Shown here: in pieces, positions 12,355 through 26,035 of the stretch
How positions within the stretch are numbered: position 1 is the first letter of the stretch
Layout: each line of letters starts with the position of its first letter
Assembly (NCBI GenBank): GCA_951406725.2
Contig: OX597827.1
Location: 82,708,001 to 82,772,000 of the forward strand
Length of the DNA: 64,000 nt
Reading direction: 5' to 3'
Source of the DNA: Octopus vulgaris
Taxonomy: Eukaryota
Notes under the pieces: generated by a model
What the model was told of the DNA's origin: nothing
Databases searched by the model: none
What the model saw: only the letters and a program-made list of their open reading frames with translations
Translations under genes and position numbers: made by a program

Positions 12355-12645
12355 GAAAGCGTGCGGCTTAGTGGTTAGAGCATTTGACTCACAGTTGTAG
12401 GGTTGTGAGTTCAATTCCTGATGGTGTGTCGTGTCCTTGAGCAAGATACTTTATTTCATGTTGTTCCTGTCCACTCAGCTGGCAAAAATGAGATGTAATT
12501 GAAAGGGCCAGCCTTGTCACAGTTTGTGTCACAGTGAGAGAACTATGTTAAGGGTACACGTGTCTGTGGAGTACTCGGCCACATGCATGTCAATTTCATG
12601 AGGAGGCAGTTCCATTGATTGGCTCAACAGGAATCTTCATGAGAG
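12355..12645 (+). mobile_element. tRNA-derived SINE (Meta/V-like central domain)
   Basis: A-box GGCTTAGTGG, B-box GAGTTCAATTCC, then GTGTCCTTGAGCAAGATACTTTA...GTCCACTCAGCTG. A related copy lies at ~33850-34140. Confidence 0.7.
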
Positions 12646-12829
12646 TCAGCTACAGAGTCATGTGTAGTACAGTGTGTTACACAATGTATGCTGTAATATG
12701 CATTGTTATATAAAATATGATATGAAACATTACCTACATGTTACATGTAGCGTTACATAATGCTATGTACTTTAAATCGTATCTCATTGAATACCCTCTG
12801 ATGGTTCACAACTGAAGGTGACCGGTGGC

Positions 12830-13240
12830 TCCAACTATGTTAAGTTCTATATTGCTGACAGTAAGAAAGACTTGTTTATGCTCCGGGGAGAGGCCTGCAA
12901 TGTCTGCAACAAGGTTCCAAAGAGTGGGCAATGCAATGTTTCAAATCAACAAATCCTCGTCTGCCTCAGGGCTTTTGTTTTGAGGATTCATTTCCAGAGA
13001 GTCAAAATCCAGACTGGAAAGAAGGAACTTGATATTGAATACATGCGGATTTTCATTGGGGCCCAAAATATGTCATGGCACGAGTAGAGGACCAAGAAGG
13101 AAGATGTATGTACACTTCCCACTCATTTAGAAAGTGGTTGCTCAATGCCAGATGTTGTATTTTCGAGACTTCTCTCCTCACTCTACTAGAAGACACAGGT
13201 TAATCACCTACGTTGATGTTGTAAGTAGGAAGATACAACA
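12830..13240 (+). mobile_element. Old RTE/RTEX-like LINE C-terminal remnant
   Basis: The peptide fragments DSKKD...CNK, KELDIEYMR...QNMSWHE and TYVDVVSR resemble the post-RT region of RTE-group ORFs. Confidence 0.45.
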
Positions 13241-13364
13241 TAAAGTGGGTGGAAAGCAGCAATGGAAGACACGCCCAGGTTACAGCCTCCCAAAGAAGAA
13301 GAATATTACACTTTACGATGTAATACAATCTGCTGTTATATAAGGCAATGTTTGATGTCATACA

Positions 13365-14372
13365 TGTATGTCGTTATTCAGTTTATTTCATGATTTCTTG
13401 CCAATAGAGAAAGAGTTGGTTTCTAACCTAGATCCAAGGCTCCTTCATTGGAATTTCAACCTTGACAACACAGTATTTTTGTATGTATGTATGTATGTAT
13501 GTATGTATATGTGCAGATTTGTATGTTTTGCTTTATGTATGTATTCTCATGCATTAGTTACATATCTAGACATGCTCATATATATTTAAACTCATCGATA
13601 GATAATACTGAGATGACATTTTCAGACAACTGCTTATGATGTGGCTGATATCTTCGGTGTTAACTCTACAAAGTCTGCATCAGTTGTCACATTTTACTGT
13701 TCTTCCTGCATCTCTATCCCTTTTGTACATCAGGTACTTGGTTGATATTTCCTGTTCCTGGATTTCAAACGCACATCCTTCAAAGTGGGAGGTAGTAATC
13801 CGGCTATTGGTCCATGATAGATTGCTTTGATGATCGATGTTACTCTCATCATGGAGCTTTCTACTAACATGTCCATGCATAGTCTTCTGCTCATATAGGC
13901 TCGTCTTTTCATCTGATGATACATTGCAGTAGGGTCATGTGACTTATTTGCTTATGTATTTAAGGTTATCAGACAAGGAATGTTGCTCAAGGAGCTGCCT
14001 TCCAAGTCTTGTGATGTTATCAGCCTCATCTATGCAAACTTGGTCAAGGGATGCACTTTGACACTTGGTGGTTAAAAGATGTTGCTGAAGGGATATGCTG
14101 CGACATTGAAAGGCATTTTAGATTGATGTTAAGCCTCTGCCTCCTTGTTTTCTTTTTAGGTTGAGGTGGTTTGCATCCCTTTTCAGGTTTGCATATCAAT
14201 GGCTAGGATCTCAGCAAGCGTCCAATCAAGCAGCCCAAATGTTGGTATGAGTACTGGCACTGCAAACACATCGTGGGCCAGTGTTTTATTGAACGCAGAA
14301 AGTTCTGAGGTCCACATTTTCAATATTCGGTTGTAATATTCTTTAGTGACATGTGTTTTGTTACAGGTGCCA
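13365..14372 (-). mobile_element. R4/Dong-type LINE (lineage 2), internally deleted
   Basis: The minus-strand peptides [20 protein letters not shown]...[11 protein letters not shown] and IQEQEISTKYL...CRLC...HIISSC (CCHC knuckle) are fused directly to the 3' UTR. The 5' end abuts (ATGT)n. Confidence 0.85.
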
Positions 14373-14844
14373 TATGTATGTATGTATGTGTGTGTATGTA
14401 TGCATATATGTATGTATGAATGTATGTATGTATGTATGTGTGTATGTGTGTGTGTATGTATGTATGTATGTATGTATGTATGTATGTATGTATGCATGCA
14501 TGTATGCATGTATGCATGTATGTATGTATGTATATATGTACGTATGTATGTGTGCATGTATGCATGCATATATGTATGTATGAATATGTTTGTATGTATA
14601 TGTATGTAGATATATGTATATGTATATGTATATATACATGTGTATATGTATGTATGTATATGTATGTATACATATGTATATATACATATGTACATGTATG
14701 TATATATGTATATGTATGTATGTGTGTATATACATGTGCGTATGTATGTATGTTTATGTATGAATATGTATGTGTATATGCATATATGAATGTATATGTA
14801 TGTATGTATATGTATATGTAAGCATATATGCGTTTGTATGTATG

Positions 14845-14922
<78 letters not shown>

Positions 14923-14924
14923 CG

Positions 14925-14955
<31 letters not shown>

Positions 14956-15790
14956 ATACATGAGTGTGTGTGTGTGTGCATATATATATGTGTGTGTATG
15001 TATGTACATGTCTGTATGAATATAGTTACATTGTATAGGCAAAGTGCCAGAAGTGTTGAGTGGGGTGGGTGAGTCTTTCGTTAATTAAATCAAGCGCAGC
15101 ACTTGACAGAAACTTCTGTTTTATCAAGACCGGAAGAAGGAAACGCAAAGTTGACTTTGGCAGGATTCAGGCTGAATGTCAAGAGTCGGAACAAATAGAG
15201 CGAAGCATTTGAGGGGATGCTCCACTGATTCTGCTAATCCACCACCACCCATCACATGTGGTGGTGGTGGTGGTGGTGGTGGTAGAGGAGGAGGAGGAAT
15301 AGGTGGTGGTGATGATGATGACAATGACAATGATGACGATGACAGCAATGATGATGATGATGACCGTGATCATGATGATGATGATGATGATTATGATGAT
15401 GATTATTATGATGATGATGATGATAATGATGATGAGAAGGTGGAGGATTATGTTGATGATAATTACAATGATGGTTATGATAATGATGGTTTAGAAATAT
15501 AGAAGCCTTCAGTGTGTGATGACTACGAGGTGAGAGATATACATGAAAGATAAACATTCCTTATCACTGTTCTCTGCTCTCCACGGATTGGGTGTCGCGG
15601 ATTAGTGACACGGGGATTAACAATGGCACGGATGGATACAAAAGTTGATAAATGTTAAATACTGCACTAAGAACAGGAGATAATCTTCTTACTGGATTGA
15701 TAGAGTCAAGGTTGAGCTGTACATAATTGGCATACCTATATATATATATATATGTACAGACGTATATATATATATATACATATATGTATG

Positions 15791-15837
<47 letters not shown>

Positions 15838-15896
15838 CTGTGTATATATATATATATGAAGACGTATATATATGTATGTGTGTGTGCGTATATTTG

Positions 15897-15948
<52 letters not shown>

Positions 15949-16285
15949 TATCATACATATATGTGCTTATATATATACCTGTATATACACATATATGCAT
16001 GCCTGCTGTGTGTGTGTGTATATATAATCATAAGTGTATGTATGTATTTATATATGTACCTACATGTATATATATATAGATAGATAGAGATATAGATATA
16101 TCTGTGTGTGTGCTTGTATATATATATGTGTGTGTGTGTGTGTGTGCGTGTATGGTAAATTGGTGAAGTGAAGGTTGTGTCCCACTCACCTCCACACACA
16201 ATCCTGATCTTCCTTATTAAAAGTATCACATTTAACACTTTGGTTAGAAGTACATTTGCAGGTTTTTAAAGTTCATTATTATTAG

Positions 16286-16590
16286 AGGTGCAGGCATGGC
16301 TGGGTGGTAGGGAGTTTGCTTCCCAACCACATGGTTCCAGGTTCAGTCCCACTTCATGGCATCTTGGGCATGTGTCTTCTATTATAGCCTCAGGCTGCCC
16401 AAAGCCTTGTGAATGCATTTGGTAGAGGGAAACTGAAAGAAACTCATCATATATGTGTATGTGTATGTGTGTGCGTGTGTCTGTCAGTCTGTATGTCTGT
16501 ATGTGTGTGTCCCCACCATTGCTTGACAACTGATGCTAGTTTGTTTATGTCCCTGTAACTTAGTGGTTCAGCAAAAGAGACCGATAGAAT
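16286..16590 (+). mobile_element. tRNA-derived SINE family A, 3' truncated
   Basis: Head GGTGCAGGCATGGCTGGGTGGTAG plus the family A core. Confidence 0.8.
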
Positions 16591-16734
16591 AAAAAATATA
16601 ATAATAAAAGATTGTGTGTGTCTGTGTGTGTGTGCATGCACATGTGTGTGTGCATGCGTGTGTGTGTGTGTTGCATGCACGAGTGTATGTGTGTGTGTGC
16701 ACATGCATGTGTGTGTGTGTGTGTCTGCTTGTAT

Positions 16735-17730
16735 GTGTATGTGGAAGGTGCATGGGTACAATAAAAGCTGAAAATGCACAGAAAATAAAATCCATCAACT
16801 GGCAGAGGTGCAAGCCAGAGGTAGTAGATAGCTTTCAGTATCTATGTGACCAGTTTAGTAGTGGAGGTGGATGCTCTGAGAGCGTAGCCGTGAGAATAAG
16901 ATTAAGCTGGGCAAAGTTCAGAAAGCTCCTACCCCTGCTGGCAACAAAGGGCCTCTCTCTCAGAGTGAAACATAGATTGTTTGATGCCTGTGTGCAAATA
17001 GCTATGCTGCATGGCAGTAAAACATGGGCTATAACAGCCGAGGACATGCACAGGCTTGAGAGAAATGAAGCCAGTATGCTTTGCTGGATGTGCAATGTCA
17101 GTGTGCATGTTTGACAAAGTGTAAGCATCTTGAGAGAAAAGTTAGGCATAAGAGGCATCATATGTGGTGTGCAAGAGAGACGATTGCGCTGGTAAGGATG
17201 AAGACAGCTGTGTCAAGAACTACTGATCTGTGGTAGAAGTAGACCCAGCAATACATAGGACGAGTTGGTGAAGCATGACCTACAAATTTTGAACCTCACA
17301 GAAGCCATGACTAGTGACCAAGACCTTTGGCAGTGTGCTCTGCTTAAGAGGACTCATCAAGCTAAGTACACCTGTGCTGGTAGCATGTAAAAAAATCAAC
17401 TTTTGAATGTTGGGCCTGATGGAGGCGAAGTGGCTGAATACCTTTCAAGTTTTGGACCTCATGGAGGCAAAGTGGCTAAATTCTTTTCGAGTGTTAGGCC
17501 TCACGGAGGCAATGACCAACACCTTTGGCATCATGTCATGCTTGATAAGACCCATAAAGCACCCATTACACTCTCAGAGTGGTTGCTGTTAGGAAGGGCA
17601 TCCAGTCATAGAAAACCATTGCAAATCAGACTGGATCCTGGCACAGCCTACTGGCTTGCTAGTCCCCAGTCAAACCGTCCAACCCATGCCAGCATGGACA
17701 ATGGAAGTTAAATGATGATGATGATGATAT
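16735..17730 (+). mobile_element. RTE LINE, older 5'-truncated copy
   Basis: VVDSFQYLCDQFSSGGGCSESV...WAKFRKLLPLL is collinear with the 18-20 kb ORF, with stops and deletions. Ends in (GAT)n. Confidence 0.9.
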
Positions 17731-18035
17731 ATACGTGTGTGTGTGTGTGTGTGTGTGTGTGTATTATTATCATCATGGTCATCATGATTTTAACATCCAC
17801 TTTTCCATGCATGCATAGGTCAGAAGAGGTGTACTGAGGGAGGCAGATATTTGATGATTGAATGCCTTTCCTGTCACCAACTGTCACCTGTTTCCAAACA
17901 AAGTAATATTTCCCCATTGCCAGACATGTTTTTGTGGAATATCAGAAATGGATGATACTGCTTCTATGACAATAACAATCTTCTTACAACTATTATGCAG
18001 GGTCAAGACAAGCAGGCATAAACACACACATGCAT

Positions 18036-18142
<107 letters not shown>

Positions 18143-18159
18143 TATATATATATATATAT

Positions 18160-20593
18160 ATGTGGTAGGAGAGAAGTGTGTTCGCATGGAAGATGGTTCA
18201 CTTGCGCTAAATGAGGATTCAAAGAGAGAGGTTTGGAGATGCCACTATGAAAGGTTGCTGAATGAAGAAAATGAATGGGATAAAGAGAGTCTGCCGAATG
18301 GCAACCCAACAGAAGGACCAGCTATCCGAGTTGAAAATTCTTTGGTAGTTAAAGCAATTAGAAGCATGAAGACAGGGAAAGCCCCAGGCCCATCAGGAAT
18401 CACTGCAGAGATGCTCAAAATGTCTGGTAGTGTCGGCTATAGCCTAGTCACCCGTATAGTTAATCAGGTGATACACAAAGGGGTCATACCCAATGACTGG
18501 TGTAGCAGTATAATAGTCAACTGCTACAAAGGTAAAGGTGATGCCCTAGATACAAATAACTACAGAGGTATCAAGCTGTTGGACCAGGTAATGAAGGTTA
18601 CGGAGAGGGTCATAGCCCAACTAATTAGAGAGAGAGTTAGTTTAGATGAGATGCAGTTTGGGTTTGTGCCAGGGAAAAGTACTACTGATGCTATATTCCT
18701 GGTAAGGCAGCTGCAGGAGAAATACCTAGCCAAAGATAAGCCCCTGTACCTGGCTTTTGTTGACATGGAGAAAGCCTTCGACAGGGTCCCCCGATCCCTT
18801 ATCTGGTGGGCAATGAGGAAACTAGGGATAGATGAATGGTTAGTGAGAGCTGTGCGGGCCATGTACAGGGACGCCGCTAGTAGGGTGAGGGTTGGAAATG
18901 TGTACAGTGAAGAATTCCGGGTAGAGGTAGGAGTCCACCAAGGCTCAGTACTCAGCCCCCTCCTATTTATCATAGTCCTCCAGGCAATAACGGAGGAATT
19001 CAAGACAGGATGCCCTTGGGAGCTCCTCTATGCTGATGACCTTGCTCTAATTGCTGAGTCGCTATCAGAACTGGAGGAGAAGTTTCAGGTGTGGAAACAA
19101 GGATTAGAATCGAAGGGCCTCAGAGTCAATCTAGCTAAAACCAAAGTCGTAATCAGTAGGAAGGTAGACAAATCACAAACACCTTCAGGTAGATGGCCCT
19201 GCTCGATCTGTAGAAAAGGTGTAGGTAGAAACTCTATAAGATGCACCAAGTGTAAGCTATGGACACATAAGAGATGCAGCAATGTCAAAGGAAGGCTAAC
19301 TAGGAAGATGGTTTTTGTATGTGGCAGATGCTCAGGAACAATAAACACTGAAAATGCTCTGAGACCAACTTCCGTCACTTTCCAGGGAGAAAAACTAGAA
19401 ATAGTTGATAGTTTCCGTTACCTAGGTGACCAAGTCAGCAGCGGGGGTGGGTGTGCTGAAAGTGTAACTGCTAGAGTAAGAATAGCTTGGGCAAAGTTCA
19501 GAGAGCTCTTACCTCTGCTGGTGACAAAAGGCCTCTCGCACAGAGTGAAAGGCAGACTGTATGATGCGTGTGTACGAACAGCCATGCTACATGGCAGTGA
19601 AACATGGGCCGTGACTGCTGAGGATATGCGTAAGCTCACTAGAAATGAAGCCAGTATGCTCCGATGGATGTGTAATGCCGGTACTCACACTCGGCAGAGT
19701 GTAAGTACCTTGAGAGAAAAGCTGGACCTAAGAAGCATCAGTTGTGGTGTGCAAGAGAGACGTTTGCGCTGGTATGGTCATGTGGCGAGAATGGATGAAG
19801 ATAGTTGTGTGAAAAAGTGCCACACCCTAGCGGTTGAGGGAACCTGTGGAAGAGGCAGACCCAGGAAAACCTGGGACGAGGTGGTGAAGCACAACCTTCG
19901 AACTTTAGGTCTCACTGAGGAAATGACTAGAGACCGAGACCTCTGGAAGTGTGCTGTGCGCGAGAAGACCCGGCAGGACAAGTGAGTCCATAACCCGTGG
20001 CCTTCTACATGGGATGGAGCCAGCCTACGTATGCATACCTTCCCTTCTTGGGACACAAAACTCTACTTGTGAAGACGTGATGAGTCAAGTGAGGATCAGA
20101 ATCGAAATCGATCAATGGAAATTGCGGATGTGCTACCAGTGCCGGTGGCATGTCAAAACTCTGCTTGTGAAGACCCGTTGAGGCAAGTGACGATCAGAAT
20201 CGAAATCGATCAATGGAAATCGATCAATGGAAATTGCAGATGTGTTACCAGTGCCGGTGGCATGTAAGAGAACTTTCCGTTTCGCGACCGTTGCCAGCAC
20301 CGCCCCGTTTCGTGTCCGTTGCCAGCCTCGCCTGGCCCTCGTGCCGGTGGCACATAAAAAGCACCATCCGTTCGTGGCCGTTTGCCAGCTCTGTCTGGCA
20401 CCAGTGCGGGTGGCACGTAAAAAGCACCCACTACACTCACGGAGTGGTTGGCGTTAGGAAGGGCATCCAGCCGTAGAAACACTGCCAGATTTGACTGGGC
20501 CTGATGAAGCCTTCTGGCTTCACAGACCCCAGTAGAACCGTCCAACCCATGCTAGCATGGAAAACGGACGCTAAACGATGATGATGATGATGA

Positions 20594-20597
<4 letters not shown>
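18160..20597 (+). mobile_element. Young RTE-clade LINE, 5'-truncated (APE endonuclease missing), inserted in (TA)n
   Basis: Uninterrupted ORF to 19985 with [41 protein letters not shown] (19029-19040), FRYLG and RLRWYGHV. Followed by a 0.6 kb 3' UTR and (GAT)n tail, with (TA)n on both flanks. Confidence 0.95.
18162..19985 (+). CDS. RTE reverse transcriptase (partial, ~607 aa) with an embedded C4HC3 PHD-type finger
   Basis: ORF track 18030..19985; the first ~44 residues are (TA)n read-through. The finger CSIC-x10-CTKC-x4-HKRC-x14-CGRC is at 19200-19331. Confidence 0.9.
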   Translation: MVGEKCVRMEDGSLALNEDSKREVWRCHYERLLNEENEWDKESLPNGNPTEGPAIRVENSLVVKAIRSMKTGKAPGPSGITAEMLKMSGSVGYSLVTRIVNQVIHKGVIPNDWCSSIIVNCYKGKGDALDTNNYRGIKLLDQVMKVTERVIAQLIRERVSLDEMQFGFVPGKSTTDAIFLVRQLQEKYLAKDKPLYLAFVDMEKAFDRVPRSLIWWAMRKLGIDEWLVRAVRAMYRDAASRVRVGNVYSEEFRVEVGVHQGSVLSPLLFIIVLQAITEEFKTGCPWELLYADDLALIAESLSELEEKFQVWKQGLESKGLRVNLAKTKVVISRKVDKSQTPSGRWPCSICRKGVGRNSIRCTKCKLWTHKRCSNVKGRLTRKMVFVCGRCSGTINTENALRPTSVTFQGEKLEIVDSFRYLGDQVSSGGGCAESVTARVRIAWAKFRELLPLLVTKGLSHRVKGRLYDACVRTAMLHGSETWAVTAEDMRKLTRNEASMLRWMCNAGTHTRQSVSTLREKLDLRSISCGVQERRLRWYGHVARMDEDSCVKKCHTLAVEGTCGRGRPRKTWDEVVKHNLRTLGLTEEMTRDRDLWKCAVREKTRQDK

Positions 20598-20669
<72 letters not shown>

Positions 20670-20673
<4 letters not shown>

Positions 20674-21005
20674 TCGAAAAAAAACCACCTTTTATCAATT
20701 CAATAATGAAAATATTAAATTATACCATTTAGAAGAATTACATCTTATAGAAAGATTAAATATAAGATAAAACGTAAGATATAATATACACCATTAATTA
20801 AGTAATATAGCCATGAAACACGTGTAGTTATTCTACCAAATACATACGTTTTATTTATTATTTTGCACATTACTTAATCATTGGTATATGTTTTATCTTA
20901 TGTTTTATCTTATATTTAATCTTTCTATAAGATGTAATTCTTCTAAATGGTATAATTTAATTCTTTCATTATTGAATTGATAAAAGGTGGGTTTTTTTCT
21001 AATTT
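20670..21005. repeat. ~335 bp AT-rich foldback with a hammerhead 3' half in its loop
   Basis: Arms 20670-20806 and 20869-21005 are near-perfect reverse complements. The loop has GAAACACGTGTA at 20815-20826. Confidence 0.85.
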
Positions 21006-21572
21006 ATATATATATATAATGTTTTGTGAAATTTGATTTAGTATTTCTAAATTGAATTTTTCCCTGTAAGTTTGGAATAATATTCTCTCATATTATTATT
21101 ATATGTATATATATATACAATTTAAAAATAGGATAAAATCTTATAAGAATTTATCAAGTAGTTAGTGTGAAAAACCTCATAATTTTTCTCTTAAATACAT
21201 TTATTTATATTGAGGGCATTTCTATAGATAAATGCCACATGCTAGGAGGGACTCTTAAAGTCAAACTACCAAAATAAATAAACACATAGTACCAAATACT
21301 ATTCGGTACTATGTGGTGGTGGTGGTGATAGAATGAAATGGAACAAAACATAGTGAACAAAAATCATATCACTTTTTTAAGAGGGTAAAAAAAGCAGTTA
21401 TTTCTCAGGGATTGATGTTAGCCATGCAGGAAAGAGATTAGTTGTGTAAGTGTATTTGTATGAAACCAATGGTAGCATTTTGACCAGTTGTATACCATAA
21501 CTAGAATGAAATTGCTCAAAATTTATAAAAATACATGCATGTATATGTGTATGCATATATGAAAGAGTAAGG

Positions 21573-21755
21573 ATGCATAAACAACAAATCTATAACTCCT
21601 CTGTTAGAAACACAACTTGCAGTGAACACTTCGAAAAATGTGGGAAAAGAAAATTCAAAATATTCTCCATCTTCAAACTATGGACAGAAAATGAACATTT
21701 TTATAAGGCCAAGGAAGAATACTTTATTCAAAATACCAACCGAAACAAAAGATAA
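21573..21755 (+). pseudogene. Penelope-like element GIY-YIG endonuclease C-terminal fragment
   Basis: HKQQI...CSEHFEKCG...FKIF..FKL...KEEYFIQ resembles the end of PLE GIY-YIG domains. Recognised by eye only. Confidence 0.6.
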
Positions 21756-21959
21756 CACCAAAACCAACAGAACTACAATTTGAACAATCCACCGACCAAA
21801 CACTGCCCGAATAATGAGAACTACATATGAGTAATTCACTGTAATCATTATTATTAAGATTAAAATAAAAATTATCCCCACCCCAAAAAGCCATCTCTAC
21901 TCATTTTTCCAAATATCTATATACATATATGCTTACATGCACACACACAAATATATAAG

Positions 21960-22059
<100 letters not shown>

Positions 22060-22089
22060 CAAAACAAGCAACAGGGATATCCAGAGGTA

Positions 22090-22178
22090 ATGCAGTACAA
22101 TTGTTTCATGCGATTCCATTTAATTGAACAATGCAAACATTACATCAATTTAAAATGTAGAGCAATCTTCAGCTGCAT
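22090..22178 (-). ncRNA. Type I hammerhead ribozyme motif
   Basis: The minus strand reads ATGCAG-CTGAAGA-long stem II-GAAA-CAATTG-TA^CTGCAT, with a 6-bp stem I and palindromic stem III ACAATTGT. Confidence 0.85.
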
Positions 22179-22311
22179 AAAAATATAGAATTTAGTTAGA
22201 TTCAAAGGACTCATTTGTAGAATTTTTTTATCCAAAATCACCAAGAGGATAAAGAGATAGACAAAGAACGTGTTTTACCAACAACATCACATTTGTAAAT
22301 TCTATATTTTT

Positions 22312-22400
22312 ATGCAGCTGAAGATTGTTCTACATTTTAAATTGATGTAATGGTTGCATTGTTCAATTAAATGGAGTTGCATGAAACAATCGTACTGCAT
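22312..22400 (+). ncRNA. Type I hammerhead ribozyme motif
   Basis: ATGCAG-CTGAAGA(22318-22324)-long stem II-GAAA(22383-22386)-CAATCG-TA^CTGCAT. Confidence 0.85.
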
Positions 22401-22514
22401 TACCTCTGGATATCCTTGTTGCTTATTTTGATTATAATCACCTTATTTTGAAGTTGTATGGATAATACCGTACTAAATTCTGGTGCCTCAACTTAAGTAC
22501 CATATTCATCTGAA

Positions 22515-22567
<53 letters not shown>

Positions 22568-22987
22568 CTTTTTAGTCTTTCAGCCTATAAATATACACAC
22601 ACACAAATATATAATATATATGTATATAAATGTGCAAATATGTACATAATACATATATATATATATATATGAGGCGGGGGTATGTATATAATCTGTGTGT
22701 GTGGAATTAAATTGCTGAACTTCTGACCAAAATGTCAACAGTTCAGAAAGTGATTATAGCCATCAGAGTTTTAGTAAAGGTATATTAGTTTTGCTTGAAT
22801 CTGTGTATTTGGGTGACAGGAGGAACCACCCGCATTTCACGGTCGACTGATTAGCAATGAGAAGAGCAACAGAGCATCCAACTGTGAAATCACTTGCTCT
22901 CACAATATGCAAATATTCAAAACTGGCAAAACACTACAGCAGCCATGACAGCATGACGAAATTGATATAAAACAATCTTACTCTATG

Positions 22988-23058
<71 letters not shown>

Positions 23059-23611
23059 TGGAGTATATGTATGTGATTGTGTTTGTTTATCTGGGTGTGT
23101 GTTTGTGTGATTATGTGAGTTTTTATTCCTTTTTTAAGAAATATCTATGTGTATCTTAAAGTTAATTTAGTAGAAGGAATTTGAAGAGTGTAATATAAAT
23201 GATTTATAGAAGTGATATAGACGATACCAACGACCCAGTCTTCAGCATCACAAAAGTGATTATAATAACAGAGATTTCTTAGACTGATGCAAGGTCAGGA
23301 ATTTAGACAACCAATTAAACCTGCCCCAGCATTTTACTGGTACTTTGTTTCATTGGCCTCAGAAGGATGAAAGACAAAAGTGAACCCCAGCAACATTTGA
23401 ACTCAGAATGTGGAGGGCTGCAATTAAATAGAAGCTATTTTTGTGCAATGCTCCAGCAATTTAGGTAATCAACTGCCCTTTCTGCCAATGACGATGGTGA
23501 TTTCTTTTATTGACCACAAGGGTCCAAAACATGGAGGAGAATACCAAAGGAATTGATACAACACACAAAGAGGTGGGGTTTGCATCAATCAAAGGGAGAC
23601 TCTGCAACATT

Positions 23612-24560
23612 CATCATCATCATCATCATCGTCGTTTAACGTCCGTTCTCCATGCTAGCATGGGTTGGACGGTTCGACCGGGGATCTGGGAAGCCAGAAG
23701 GCTGCACCAGGCTCCAGTCTTATCTGGCAGTGTTTCTACAGCTGGATGCCCTTCCTAACGCCAACCACTCCGTGAGTGTAGTGGGTGCTTTTTACGTGCC
23801 ACCTGCACAGGTGCCAGGCGAGGCTGGCAACGGCCACGGTCGGATTGGTGTATTTTATGTGCCACCGGCACGGAAGCCAGACGAGGCAGAGCTGGCATCG
23901 GCCACGAGTCGGATGGTGCTTTTTACGTACCACCAGACCAGGGATCCTGGCTGGTTCAATTCGATTTCGATTTCGCTTGCCCCAACATGTCTTCGCAAGC
24001 AAGGGGGTTGGCATGGGTGCCTGTTGTACGGTCAGATTGGTGTATTTTACGTGCCACTGGCACGGAAGCCAGACGAGGCGGCGCTGGCATCGGCCACGAG
24101 TCGGATAGTGCTTTTTACGTACCACCAGACCAGGGAACCTGGCTGGTTCAATTCGATTTCGCTTGCCCCAACATGTCTTCGCAAGCAAGGGGGTTGGCAT
24201 GGGTGCCTGTCTTACGGTCAGATTGGTGTATTTTACGTGCCACCGGCACGGAAGCCAGTGGAGGCGGCGCTGGCATCGGCCACGAGTCGGATAGTGCTTT
24301 TTACGTACCACCAGACCAGGGATCCTGGCTGGTTCAATTCGATTTTGACTTCGATTTCGATTTCGCTTGCCCCAACATGTCTTCGCAAGCAAAGGGGGTT
24401 GGCATGGGTGCCTGTCGTCGGATGAGGTTCTATATCGACTTCGCTTGCCTCAACAGGTCTTTGTGTCCAAGGGAGGAAAGGCATTCATAAGTGGGCTGGG
24501 CTCACTTGTCCTGCCTGGTCTTCTCACGTACAGAATATTTCCAAAGGTCTCGGTCGCTGA
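23612..24560 (-). mobile_element. RTE LINE 3' end with a triplicated ~190 bp 3' UTR module
   Basis: The ORF end [17 protein letters not shown] is at ~24500-24555. Modules start at 23838, 24030 and 24216. (GAT)n tail. Confidence 0.9.
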
Positions 24561-24599
24561 GAGGATATTGAAGGATATAAAAAAAGAAAGATAATTAAA

Positions 24600-24965
24600 C
24601 AGAAATTAGGAAAATAAATAATTAATAAAAAGAATCCCCAATAGCAGAAGAGTTCATTTAGAGTAATTCAGGGTAAATCCCACACAGAAAAGTCTTGGCT
24701 TACCCTGCCATCCCCACAGCATGGAAAGTTCCGTCTTCCAGTTTCTTTCCTCCTTCTCAGAGTTGGTCCAGTCAGTCTCACCAATCTTGAAAATCTTATC
24801 CACCTTTCGATAAACACACTAGAGGGCAGCACCTCCTTCTCTACCCTCACCTTCCTCTTCAAATGATATTTGAAGAAATTCATGAGAGTTTGGCCAGATA
24901 GGAGAGTGCCTGTCTTTAAATCTTTCAGACGGTTCCACCACAAAGCCTCTTTTTTCAAAAATGGC
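24600..24965 (-). mobile_element. Tx1/L1-like ORF2 C-terminal remnant
   Basis: KEALWWNR...FFKYHLKRKVRVEK...FIERW resembles the ends of Tx1-clade ORF2. Confidence 0.5.
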
Positions 24966-25196
24966 AAATATGGGAAGAGATCAATGTAGAAGATGTCAGA
25001 TTTACCTTGCAAAATTCCAGTAAATGCAAGTCATGTGATAAGGATAACATTTCAAACTATTGGCTGAATGTCTTTAATTATTCACATAAAAAGCTAACTT
25101 ACTGCTACAACAAAACCATGAAGCAATGGCAAATGCTCCAGAATGGCTAACCAATGTTGCCTTCCAAAGCTTCATGGTATCTGATAAGAAAATAAA

Positions 25197-25428
25197 AGGC
25201 AGTGAGCTGGCAGAAACGTTAGCACAACGGGTGAAATGCGTAGCCATATTTCGTCTGCCATCACGTTGTGAGTTCAAATTCCGCCGAGGTCAACTTTACC
25301 TTTCATCCTTTCGGGGTCGATAAATTAAGTACCAAGTACGCACTGGGGTCGATATAATCGACTTAATCCGTTTGTCTTTCCTTGTTTGTCCTCTCTATGT
25401 TTAGCCCCTTGTGGGTAGTAAATAAATA
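25197..25428 (+). mobile_element. SINE family B (tRNA-like head, Nin/Deu-like domain)
   Basis: GGCAGTGAGCTGGCAGAAACGTTAG...GAGTTCAAATTCC...CCTTTCATCCTTTCGGGGTCGATAAATTAAGTACC. Further copies near 15060, 23290, 31894, 34160, 37620, 38425, 48090, 48470, 50334, 50945, 60650 and 61180. Confidence 0.85.
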
Positions 25429-25429
25429 G

Positions 25430-25545
25430 GCACCTGATAGGAAAATTCCAGGTTATTGGGTAAATTTTGAATACCTGAAGACTTTCAGCTATCCAACAAT
25501 GCAGAAGACTCTGAAAGACCTTTTCATAGTCTACCCAGGCCATTT
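25430..25545 (-). mobile_element. R4/Dong-type RT fragment
   Basis: MAWVDYEKVFQSLLHCWI corresponds to the AWIDYxKAFDSVPHxW RT motif. Confidence 0.65.
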
Positions 25546-25619
25546 CAGTCAGACAGACGTAAGAATCTTATAGGATGTTGTAAGACATGATTGGTCTATT
25601 TTCTTGAACTTACTGCAAT

Positions 25620-26035
25620 GATCTTCCATGCCAAACATTGAAAAGGACTTTGAAGAGCTGGAGTTTTATTTCCAGCAAGATGGGGCACCCTCATACAACC
25701 ATAGCATTGTAAGGGCCTCCACTGGCGAGATCTTGTCAAACAGGGGGATTGGATGAAGAGATTCAGTAGAACACGAAATCAACAACAACTGAGGACAGCA
25801 ACCATTGAATGAGAATGTGCACAAAGGATGAATGAACTGTCGGCAGTTCCGTTGCTTTGTATTATCCACAATGCCGGGGCAAGAATGATCACTGGCTTAA
25901 AAAAACATGAATTTATGGAAAAATTAAATAAATTCTGTCTGGGAGTTCTATTAAATTTTGAAAATGAAATGCATTCTAAAAAACACTGACTTTATGGCTA
26001 CTCAAAAAAAAGGGGATATTGGTTTGGCACCCCCC
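25620..26035 (+). mobile_element. Tc1/mariner-superfamily remnant
   Basis: Second catalytic-Asp motif FYFQQDGAP at ~25664-25690. Confidence 0.5.

Noticed and set aside
23652-24490. Overlapping 167-257 aa ORFs with internal repeats
   Set aside because: They come from the GC-richer, triplicated RTE 3' UTR and show no protein motif.
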